From Nemertoderma westbladi (taxonomy: Eukaryota; Animalia; Xenacoelomorpha): a stretch of DNA of 64,000 bases. Both the position numbers and the translations under genes were made by a program. Shown here one piece after another: positions 46,671 to 58,429 of the stretch; position 1 is the first letter of the stretch, and each line of letters opens with the position of its first letter. Under the pieces are notes generated by a model. That model made no database searches. It saw only the letters and a list, made by a program, of their open reading frames with translations, and was not told the DNA's origin. The stretch is taken from the NCBI GenBank assembly GCA_032718475.1, contig JAUCBJ010003493.1:1-64000 (forward strand). Direction: 5' to 3'.

Positions 46671-47592
46671 ATCATCATAATGATGATGGGGTGATGATAA
46701 CTCCACCTACTGGTTCCAGAAGTCGAGGAAATCCTGCCAAGTACCTAACTGATCTAGACTTTGCTGATGACTTAGGAGTACTCTCAGAATCATTAGAGGG
46801 AGCCCAACGGCTCCTCAGCTCATTAGAACATGCTGCTTCTAGTGTTGGTCTTTTTATTAACTCCAGAAAGACCAAAATTCTGACAGTTAACTTTGAAAGT
46901 CCTCAGCAAGTCTCTGATCGGATGAGCATAAGCTCAAAGGATGGTATGCTTGAGCATGTCGACGACATCTGTTACCTGGGATCATGGATCCGGAAGTCAG
47001 GTGAGGACCTTCGAATGCGTAAGGGAAAGGCATGGGCAGCCTTGAATAGGCTTTCCAGGATTTGGAAGTCACCGAGAATTAATCGGAAACTTAAGGTCCG
47101 ATTATTTAGAGCAGCAGTAGTTCCAGTACTCCTCTACTGGAGTCCATGCTGGGCTCTAACTGCTGAGGATACCAAATCTCTGGATGGCACATTCACAAGA
47201 ATGCTACGCCGGATTCATTGTGTCAAGTACAATGCACACATCTCCAACCAGACATTATATAACATTGGAGGTGTCTCATTGGTTCCCCCAAGCTTGACAC
47301 TAGAACAAAATCGCCTCCGCTTTGCAGGACATTGCTTTCGCCGTGAGGACCAGCCAGTGCATAATCTTGTACTTTGGCAGCCTCATGGAGTGAATAAGCA
47401 TGGTGGACAGCCCATGACTTTCTTGAGACGCATCTTAAAGGACACTGGCCTTAAAGATGCGGATGATCTAGCAAATGTCATGGGTGATAGGGAGTTGTGG
47501 CGGTGCAATTTTGTTGACAAGCCGGCACAGCATTCTTAAAAATGCAGCTGCAATGCAGCATGCCGATCCTAGTAGTAGTAGTAGTAGTAGTA
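44634..47592 (+). mobile_element. 5'-truncated RTE-clade LINE inserted in BEL gag
   Basis: APE plus RT (GVLQGD, FADD), RLRFAGH motif and (GTA)n tail at 47571-47592. Flanks rejoin as ..PTV-VSDPR.. Confidence 0.95.
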
Positions 47593-50500
47593 GTGTCAGA
47601 CCCTAGGCTAGTAGAGCAACATAGGTCTATCATAGGCACTAGGGCTCAAGTCAAGCAGGACCAAGAGGCAGCTGTTAAACAAGAGCAACACTCGAGCCGA
47701 GAACTTATTTCTCAGAGGCCCGATAGCTCCAGTAGTTCAGATACTGTAGAGTTGACACCCGAGCGCGGAGCAAAGATGGCAGATGCAGTTTATTCAGATC
47801 CACTTCTCATTCTTCCTGAAGCCGTACTCACTAGAGTATTGATTGCGGTGGAGGAACATCAAATGGATTGGGCGAGAAGTAAGCGATCGACCAAGGACAG
47901 TTATGCGGGATACACAAAGGAGGACCTGAAGTCTATTGTCGAGACGCAATGGAATTTCCCCGGACTCGGATTCCCGTTTAACTTATCAGAAGCTGCCTGG
48001 GAGGACTTATACAGGATGGGAGTGGTAAGGGACACTAGAGATCCAGATAAATCTCGTTCCAGCGGACGTAGAAGGGCGCTGCACCGGTAGAAATTGCCTG
48101 ATTTGCCTCCAGCCGTGAGAAGGCAACTAGCTAGTGTAGATTTGAGTAATTCTGCGCCTACAGACCAAATTATTAGGGAAGAAAGACTCCCTACTATAGT
48201 AGATGAGCCTGAAATAATTAGGCCTGTTCTCGAAGCCACTCCCTCTGTGATAGAGACCCCTGTACTTCCAGAACCTAACTCTAAATTCCCTTTGCACAGT
48301 ACTAAACTACCTGTGCCCAGTAGAATAGGCCCTGAATCCGCCCCAGTCCTGGACGCCGAGCAAGACATCAACGATTTGTCGCCCGTCGTCCCTTGTCTAC
48401 CCGCTACTATGTTGGTGGCTCCTGCTTCGGTGGTCGAGTGGGTGGATGAGGGACGGCGGGGGATGGATCTCCTGCTCGGGTGGATGCAGGAGACTGTTTA
48501 ACAGTTCAAGGGAACAGTAAGGGAAAGTAGCTTAGAGTTGCAAGAAGTGCAGCAGAGTATCGCGTTAGAACGCGATAAATTAGTAAATATACAAAGGAGT
48601 ATACCACCACCCCCTGTAACAATGTGTCAACCTGTTAGGTCTGAAGTATTTCATGCGCAAGGTGTGGAGCCTACACGCATCTATCCTGCTAAGGAAGTAG
48701 AAACTCCTATAGTAAACCCTATTAAGGGTAATTATAAACCTGTTGACAATGATATTCCATATAGACCTGATCATAATCCTAGAAATTTATATATCGATAA
48801 CTCGATATTAAATAACACGATGGCCCAAGAAAGTTTTACGCGTCAAATGGCTAGAACCGAAGCCCGTCAAGCGGTAAAGGTGGGAGAGATCGTCAAGTTT
48901 AATGGAGATGAGATGAAATGGTTACCTTTTAATGAATATTACAAAGATAACATACAGAACTCTGTACTATCTAACGGAGAGAAACTTAGATTCCTCATCG
49001 AGTGTTTGGAAGGACCTCCCAAGTTAATGGCGTTAAAGTTTATTGGACATCCAGATGGATTAAGACAAGTTTGGGATACACTAAACATCAGGTATGGTAA
49101 TAGGACAAACATAGCTAGGTATTTGTATGCGAAATTAGTAGCGCCCCGAAAGTTCCTTAGCAGCGGGATTATAGAGTTTTCCGATGAGATTCAGGAGATC
49201 TGTAGACAACTAGATTGGTTAGGTAAGTCTCATGAATACCAGAATTCTATGGTTGTAGGAGCCTTAGCATCAGCTTTGCCAAAGGGTGAAGTAGGTACTC
49301 GCTGGGACAAAAAGGTTCTCTATTTGATGGACCAACAACATAGAGATCCAACCATGACGGACCTTCTGTCATTCTTAAACCGAGAGGTAAGATTACAACT
49401 CCTAAAACAGTCTAGAGAGAAGACTCCTAAAAGTGAGGTAAGTGAAAATTCCGTTTCTAGGCAAAAGGTAAGACCAGTGTGTTATACCGATGACGGCAAA
49501 AGCCAAACTTCCCATGAGGAAAACAGCAGGAAAGACACCGAAAGATCTTACTATGTCAACAAAGCACCTAAAGACGTAAGTAAATTTAAGTCTCGAACCA
49601 GTGACAGGAGAGAACAGGTAACAAAAACTCCTCCTACGTCTCCTAAGAAAATTCATGGAAGAAAGCCTGAGGAAAGAACAAGTGTGCACCACACAGCACA
49701 GGTTAAAGTAAGTAACATCAAGCCCAAATGTGTATTGTGTGACGGACCCCATCGCTTGTGTGGGTGTGATGAATTCTTAAAGAAATCCCTAAAGGATAGA
49801 TGTGATGTCATGTGGGATAAGCGGTTGTGTTATAATTGTCTCAGACGAGGACACCAACGGCGGACCTGTTACTCAGATGCTAGGTGTGCTAAGTGCGGCA
49901 CGAAACATCATATCTTGCTGCACACAGAATTTGAAAGAACCCGCACGTGTCAGGTAAGTGAGCCCGAACTACATGTCCAATTCAGTGATGTGAACGACAC
50001 TGACCACAGCTCTGAGATGGAAGGATTCTAAAAGACGAATTCTCCAACGAAAATGAATCCTGTTATATGACAAACACAGCGGTGTATCGAGCGCTTACGT
50101 ATGAGACTGAAACCGATAGCGAGCTCCCCCTAACTATTCCGGACCGACAAGCATCTTGGAAAGCGCCAACTTCCAACGTAGGAATCCGGGAATTTCCCGT
50201 AGTGCAGTTGAGATTCCACGGGTTAAAAAAGAGCTATATAGTGAACGCCCTCCTTGACTCCGGCATCACAGGAACATTCATCGACAAAGAACTAGCCGAA
50301 GACATCTTTGCTGGACAACCCAAGTTCCGAACTAAGTTGAATCTTTCAGGAATTATGCAGGTTTGGAAATCTACAGTAGCTACAGACTACTATGTAGGCG
50401 CGTTGTCCACCCCCCAGGATGAACTAGGAGAACACAGTATAAGGTCAGTAAAAATGGTGGCGATAAAGAACTTCGCTACCAGCCAAGTGGAACCATAGAA

Positions 50501-51495
50501 CTGGGATGAAGACGATTTCACCCAGCAGCATGAGATACCTAGATTCAACACCGACTACCCAGGGGTACAGATACTCACTGGCAAAAATGCGCATGAGGCG
50601 CTTGAGACATTAGAGAAACGGCCTGCTCAACCGCAACCACTGCAAACCTATGCGGGAAGAACTAGAGTAGGTTGGTACTTTACTGGACCTTCCCGTAGGA
50701 CACTCATGGAAAGACTACCCAAAGATCAGGGCCATCAGGTGAGTGAACGGGAAGAAGACATCAGTGAGGGAGAGACAACCACAACTGAGGGAACACCATA
50801 CTCCTCAGATAATGACAATATTAACTCTAATGTAGATCAATGGAGACATTGCCTTGGGACGATTAATCCAGCCGACATCGCTTCCAGAGGAGCAACTCCT
50901 CAAGAACTGATAGATACTCCAGACTGGTTAGGTGGACCCGACTTCCTAAGTGAAGAAGAGGATGAATGGCCTCCTCATCTCACCACGGCTGAGATTAGAC
51001 AAGCCAAGGGAGCGGAGAAAGTCAAACCTAAAACCCGGACGAGTGAATCAAAGTTATTTAAACCCGTGATTGATCTGTCTGTACTACACATTTCAGGGGA
51101 AGACGCTGTGGGTCTAAACTCCCCCGCCACAAATAACTCTGTTGTGGAAATCAGAGAAAGAGACTGGAAATCTGGAACACCAGACGTCTTGCAGGGACTC
51201 TCACCTCTCCTGCAGGGAGCGATAAACCACTATAGCTCCTGGAATCGGCTTTGTAAGGCCGTCGTGTATTTGAAGGATGTTTCTATCGTCACTATTCCAG
51301 GACGAAGAGGAAACCTGGAATTGTATTCGAAACACAACAACTCAATCGCCCAGTTGGTCGTTTATGTTTACTGGAACGAGACCGAAAACTGTCCAGAAAC
51401 TATGGAAGGCAAGATACTCTTCCCACGACCACCTCCCTAATCCAACAAACATCTTGGGACTCCCCAACGTAACAGCGTCTGGAGTGGGTGTGTGA
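47593..51495 (+). pseudogene. Remainder of BEL element 2 gag-protease and pol remnants (multiple stops and deletions)
   Basis: DUF1759-like KFNGDEMKW..EKLRFL..RYGN; three Zn knuckles; protease ALLDSGITGTFI; TRVGW; QWRHCLGTINPADIASRG..WLGGPDFL. Confidence 0.9.
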
Positions 51496-51994
51496 CTATA
51501 TTATTTCATATTTGTTTTTATTATTTTATATTTATGTATGTATTATTATGTAATTTTATTATAATCGTTTTCTTAATTTTATTTAGTAGAATGTTATTTT
51601 AGCGATTATTTAGTAGATTAGTGCAATATATTAGTGTTTATTACTTACTTACTTATATTATATTATATATTTAGTGCAATGGCGAGAAATAATTCTTTTT
51701 CTCTTTCCTTACTGTCCGTATCATATTATAAATACGTGACTACAGTAAGATGAAATGTCCGTACTTATTAAAGTACAATAAAGTTCCTACTATATTCAAG
51801 TATTATTGGTAAGTAGAGTATTAGGAATGCAAAATTCAGATCCTCGTGTCTCGGCTAAACCAAGCTCTGGGTAGACCTTGGAAACGACTTGCCTCTTCTC
51901 ACTGACATTGCTTCTTGCAATATTGCTCTCATACCGTATATTAAATAATACATATAGTAGCGTGATGTCCCTTTAACAGTAGCGTAAAACGCAA

Positions 51995-52365
51995 AATCAA
52001 TCTGTTAAACCCTTTGACCATCTGTAATTCTAGTCGATTAAGATATCGCGGCACCCACCGATATACTTGAAAGACAAAATTCTAGAATCAGTGGTTAACA
52101 TCCCCAGACATGTTCTGGAATAAATCGGTGCACATCTTAAATATTAACTATTAATATTTATGAAATCTGTCAAACAAATACAATAGAGTAAATACTTAAA
52201 AGTTAACTCTAGAAAATCTATAAATTAAAATCTGTTAAATTTTAGATCCTTTAAAATTCTAGTCGATTAAGATATCGTAGCACTTACCGATACTCTTAAA
52301 AGGACAAATTTCCTAGAATCAAGGATCCCAGTCCCCAGACATGCTCTGGAATAAAATTGTGCTTA
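51995..52365. repeat. Diverged direct duplication (~230-bp period) in the pol-ORF3 spacer of BEL element 2
   Basis: AATTCTAGTCGATTAAGATATCG...CCCCAGACATG.TCTGGAATAAA occurs twice. Confidence 0.8.
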
Positions 52366-53175
52366 TTCCAACATTAAATAATAAAATTTACGGGAATAAA
52401 TTTAAATTCATCTCTTTTAATGAATTTGATATGTCATTTTTATACAATTTATAACATTCCCAAAATTCCATTAATTAATAGATCATGGGAGCGGAGATTC
52501 ACCCTATTAAGTGTATTAGTGTGCGAGAATCTCCAATATATAGTCAATAGCCGATAAAATTCATAAAATCATGTATAAAGGGGAATATTGACAATTAAAG
52601 AATTACTATTAAATAGCATCCCAGATCTGTATGCATGAGAATTACCCTAATTCTACCGCTAGCTTTCCATAATGTCACCATAGAAACACCCACGCTAGAA
52701 TTAGAAGCAAGTTAAAAAGATCAATAGAAAGCTTGCCCCATTGCATAGCATAGAGAATACATAGCACACTGTTAGTATCCAAGGATACGCGATAACAACG
52801 TGACATTCTGGAAGGTACTGACTAACGGACAAATGGCCTGTATGTGTACAATTGGTGACAGTTGTGTGGAATTTGTGCGTTTATAGGTGAATGTTACTAC
52901 TAAAGTGTGTTTACAGTAGCGAGTCGCAGTTGTGAAAGTAGCACTACCTCTGCAGTAAGAACCTGAAGTAAATCTAAGCCCTTGGGACGGACAGTGGAGT
53001 GATTTGCGCTGGTTGTTGTTGACGTTGTGTAGCTACTATGTTGGCGATAGACACAGCGGCGACAGTACATCAGCACTGAGGATCTTGCACTGTCCGGGGG
53101 CCGTGAGGGGTAGGCAGCAACGACCGCTAGCCTAATTATGATTAATTATAATATCGATAAACTCATATAGCAGCT

Positions 53176-54690
53176 ATGACTGAGTTGATAGAAGATGAGC
53201 TTGGTATCAGGCAGCGATATACCCCACCATTGCAAGCGTTTGTTGATAGTTTAATATGCGGCGATGTTAGTCAACCTACTACGGAGGACGATGGCCATTA
53301 TATCGAACCGCCAATGTCAAAGGAACAACTCACGCGTGAATTGGACTATAGAAAATTCACCGCTCGCTATACGCATCGTAATGGTACATATATGGACTTC
53401 TTAACTACTGGTCATCCTATCGATTTACATGATACGGACGATGTCGACACCAAAAGGGAAATGATCCTATTTAAATATCATACCCAGCGGAGTCGGAACA
53501 ATAAACTGAGAATCGAACACGAAAATTCTATTTGAAACCAACTCGAAAGAGAAGACGTTAAAGAACCGGATAAACGCAGTGACTTCAACGTATGTTTGGA
53601 ATTCTTGAGAGAGACGTTGTAAAACTGGAGAAAGATCACCAGCGTTTCCCCTACAATACGTGCGTCTTTGGTATTATTATGATGAATGCCCTAGACCCAA
53701 CCAACAAACGGAAAGACAAACATCCGCGGAGACGTTGCGCTAAACACAGTTTTACTCACTATATTTACGGGAGTTTCGAGCGAAACTTGTTCGATGTATC
53801 GCTCGACTCAAACGATCCTTAAATAAACCCATGATCAGAGTTCCGGAATACTCGGTCAGACCTCCTCATTCCCTGGTGAGACCTCAGACTCTTGATCCTA
53901 ATAGTATCACGGATCCTCCCAAGCTTACTCACTGTTCAAAGATCTAGTGTTACCCGAACAATTAGTCGGTGGCACTCCGGTTGTGGGCTCCCTAGATATT
54001 CGCCCATCTTACCTAGCCGGATTGGGACGCGGACACCTAATATCGCCATTCAACCGTATAATCGTCCCTGTTAGACCCGATACAATCTGTCACCGATTGG
54101 ACACTATTCGTCAAAAGATCGGAAAAGGAACCTACGATTGTTTGGAGGAACGTGAGTTGCAGCAGCAAGTCCAAGCGGTGAACGAGTTGGCTTTATCTCA
54201 GTTTGATCAGGAAATCCAGAATCTCTAAGAAGATATCGAACTTGGACGACCATACACTCTAAACGAGTTTTAGACGAATGCTTCCAACGACAAGCAGAGG
54301 AAAATCAGCTCGAGGAGAAGCATATCGATTTAGACAGAGCCCGAGAACGCGAGTCGGAAAGAACCATCAAACCGAGGAAATTTCTCACTAAACACGGTCC
54401 ACTTACCGCTCTTGTGCAGACGAATCGTCAGGGACCAGTAAGAGTTGCTGTCTTGAAACGCGCTCTGGAGGTTGTTTGACCTCATTCTACTGAGGTTGAT
54501 ACCGATCAACCGAATACCTCGACCGGAGGATACACCGACCGTCATTCTAAACCTTCCGATGCAATTGTATTGTACCCTTCACCCAGGAGTTATAGCCCTC
54601 CTAGTAAAGTGGCTCGCCCCAAAGAGAAAAGGACTCTTGCTAGCCTCAAAAAACTGCGTAAACGCCGTTCGCGTAAGACGGACTGACTGT
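53176..54690 (+). pseudogene. Degraded extra ORF (ORF3) of BEL element 2
   Basis: String of short plus-strand ORFs. LWYYYDEC (53666-53689) and RCAKHSFTHY (~53733-53762) echo LFYKCGEC and RCPAHQFLRY of 35983-36999. Confidence 0.6.
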
Positions 54691-54764
54691 TTAGAGTATT
54701 TTTATATTTTAGAAACTGTGATTTTTTATATTTTATAGAATTAAATCCCATTTTCTGGGAGCGG

Positions 54765-56005
54765 TGTAAAAGCTTTTGCGGATATAACCAGTCATTTTCT
54801 CCGCAATGTACCGTGTAGGTGCTTTTAGTGGACATAACATGCCATTTTTACCCATTATGTCTGTATGCCTGCTTTAGCGGACATAACTAGCCATTTTTCC
54901 GCAATTCGCTTAATACTCTAAAAGATGACTCAGATGACGCAATCTGTCAGCTGATTTACTGCCAACGCGGAACCTGAATCTCTCTTTGTTCTTTGTTCTG
55001 CTCAGCCAATCAGAGCGATTTTCACTTTGTGTTGGACAGTGCCTACAGAAAACTCACGCAATTCAGTTCAGTGTGTATCTTTCTAAGCCCAGAACACCGG
55101 CTTAGGATTCTTCTGTACTTCTGTGGAAGTTTCAGACTTTGACCTAAACCTCAGAAACATCAGATGGCTTTGATTAAAGGAACGTAAAACTATTAACGCA
55201 GCACACCGCCACACTGCGGCACTACGCAACGCAATTCAACTACTGAATCATTGCTGAATCATACTTCATATCTGAATTGCAACACCGCGGCACTACGCAA
55301 CGTGATTCAACTACACATACTGACTGTTCACCGCATTATTTGATTCTGTTATTAATTGGTGTTACAGTGTTATGTTGGTATATATTTCTGATATATTTGG
55401 AGAATACCGATGAATAATCATAAAACCCTCAATCTCTTTGATTACTAAAGGTTAGAGAAACAGGTTTACCGGTAGCAACTGCGACTTACATTATAGTGGT
55501 TTTTGTGTGAATTGAATGCTATTTCATAATCCCTACGTGTGTCAGTTGCGATCCTCCTTATATATGATCAAATTCAGTGACGGTCGGCAGATCAGTGCGC
55601 AGTAGTGTGAACTAGTGTGAAGTCGTGTGAAGTAGTGTGAAGGTTAATAAAGCATCTCCTAAAGAATGCGCTTTTTACGAAACTCAGTAGCCATCCAGTT
55701 GTGATTAGTATAAGTCATAACTCTGTTTTATACTTAAAGCGCCACGTCCTAAAGGAACTGTTAATATTTCCCCGAAAGTAAATATATTGTCAGAGATTAT
55801 ATATTAAACGATCAATCGAATAATACAGTAGGTCTACACTGCAATCACTATCAAAGCATCCGAATCCAGTCTCCCTTAACTGTGGGTGAATGGTCGCGCA
55901 CAGGCTGGCTTCGGCTGATGTACCTTCAGTACATTAAATAATTGATATACAAAAAGACACCTAAAATTGGCAGGTTGAACTGCTAAAGGTCTAAAAGCGC
56001 AAACA
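54765..56005 (+). repeat. 3' LTR of BEL element 2
   Basis: Direct repeat of 43085-44324, followed by TSD AGTTG. Confidence 0.95.
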
Positions 56006-57339
56006 AGTTGTTTGAAAGGTTTTTCTATTGTTCACACCAATATAGCCTAAAACCACGATTCAGCAGATTTTCCGTGCTCGCTACACTCCGATTTAATTCA
56101 TAATCACATCTGTAGGTAAAAAATAGTCGGTTGACCAAAAAATTTTAAAATTGTCTTGCTCGCAATTTAATCACATCTGTATTTAAAAACAGTCGGTTGA
56201 CCTTCTATCTGAATATTACAGTATTACTCAGTTACTGTACGCCTATTCAAGTTTACATTTCTGCAAAATTTTATTGCTCGCTTTGCTCGCATTTTCATGT
56301 TAAATTACTGTAGGAGTGGGTCTAGCTCTAGGTCTGTAGCGTAGGTATTGCAGTATAAACTGATAAATGATTACAATAATTGCCAAATTTAATGGTTAAT
56401 CTTTCAATGGTTGGCGCGCATTGAATGTCATGGTTGGCACGCTTTTCGTTTAACCAGAATCCATGTGGCGCGCTTTTTGTCAATATTCCATATAGGGCCT
56501 ACAGGGCAGGCAGCAGGCCTAATTCTGTAGGCCCTAATTAGCCATGCTGCCATGCTATGCACTGCAGTGCGGAATCCGGAGTGCTGGACTGCGGTTCTGA
56601 ATTAGATTAAAGGGTCCATTGGCGCCGTACCGCCCTACTACTGTCAGTGTCAGACTGTAGAACCAGACTGGTAGCAACTGCCAACTACAGAACTACCGGT
56701 ACGGTACCGGTACTGAACTACGGCAGAAAATGAATTTCTTCGTTTGCGGTTTCTACTCTTGTTAACGGTTAAATATATTAATTAAAGACTATGTATTGGT
56801 ACGACCGACGGCACCGGCAACTGGTATAATCAGATGTTGATGTACATAGGCCTACCAATCTGCCAATACAACAATAGCAATAGGCCTACCCCTACCAACC
56901 ATCCATTGACTCGGCAACTGCAACAATGGAAGTTATGCGGACTAACCAGCTGACCGGCATTCTAAGATCAGGTACCCACTACCAGAGTCTTTCCAGCTGC
57001 CCAGAAAAGTGTTGGAATTGAAATCAAACAACTCACCACCAAGGCCGCCTCTGTCTGTTGACCTCGACTTTAGGTATCGCTGCCACTACGGGCAAACTGG
57101 ACTAACCGTAACCAAGGATGAAATAATCCGGTTTTTTAATCTCACTCTGCCATCACCCAGTGCCCGGCGGTGTTGAAATTGACACGCATTGTACAAGCAG
57201 TAGGCCTATTGCTCCGAGTTTCCTGCTGGTCGGGTGCAACTACTGCATCTACATTGCCACACTATAACTCGGGCTCATGAGGAAGGAGTGCTGCGTAGAC
57301 TATATTCCTATAAACCAAAACTCTACCTGGCTTGCCTAT

Positions 57340-58145
57340 TGAACGCATTATAAAGATCGTCAGTCTTCGTTTAGGAAAGATATTTAAATACAAAACAGGA
57401 CGAGCACAACGAGACTTATAATGAAGACGAGTACTGCGTTGACTATTATTATTATATAAACCACCTGGCTTCACATATTGCACGCATCCCTTGTTATTAT
57501 TATTATAAATATCGTCCATCGTCCAATATTGGTCCAACTTGTATTGCTATATCAGGTAAATGACAGATATAATGACATAAATACTATCCATGGCATGGCT
57601 GTTGTAGGCTTCTGAAATAGTTTATTCCACAATGTATATGTCTGGTTATTTTTTAATTGAATTTTTGCAAAGTAGTAAAATTAATGTTCTTAAAAATATT
57701 ATTATTTTATATGTAACGTAGGAAAGTAGCTACATATTTTCGCTGCAGCCTTAAGAGTGTACATTGATTTAATATTATTTCAATACCCATATTACTACAT
57801 CGGCATACAATGCGTTGGCGTTGTATCCACATCTCCACATACTGACATAGATGTATCAGCAGTTACTCGCACAGTTTCGAAACTTCGCATAGTTATAATT
57901 GTATAAAGATTGTCAGTCTTGGTTTAGGAAAAATATTTTAATGCAAAACAGGACAAGCGACGAGCGCAATGTGGCATATAATAAACCATACCTGGCTTCG
58001 CCTATTGAAGGCATCGGTAGTTAAAAAGATCGTCCGTCAGTCTGCGTTTAGGAAATATGTTTAAATACAAAACAGGACGAGCACAACGATGTTTATAACA
58101 ATAAAGACGAGTACTGCCTACTGCGTTGAAGGCATCGGTAGTTAT
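57340..58145. repeat. Local diverged repeats (3 copies of an ~110-bp unit)
   Basis: AAAGATCGTCAGTCT..GTTTAGGAAA..AAAACAGGAC occurs at ~57352, 57905 and 58026. Confidence 0.65.
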
Positions 58146-58429
58146 AAACTACTGGTGGGTGGGAAGGGTGGGGGGGGGGGGGGGGGGTGCAGATTAAAGG
58201 GGGTGAACACGTACTTTTCCCCTTTCTTTGATTGATTGGTGGTGTGGGTAAATTTCTCAAAACCTGATTTTGTGATACAGTCGCTCAATTTTAATCTGTA
58301 TCTGATAACTGAGCCTCGTCCTGCGCGATGGCCCCACGACCGTGTCGTTCAGTTGTGTTCAATTTTAAACGTTAATAACTCAGCCAAATGATAATGAAAT
58401 CTATCCAATACATATAATATTTCAGTATA

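Larger units (their letters stand above)
43085..56005 (+). mobile_element. BEL/Pao LTR retrotransposon 2, non-autonomous (RT, RNase H and most of integrase missing), with nested LINE
   Basis: ~1240-bp LTRs with TG...CA ends; TSD AGTTG at 43080-43084 and 56006-56010; purine-rich tract GGGAGCGG before the 3' LTR. Confidence 0.95.
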
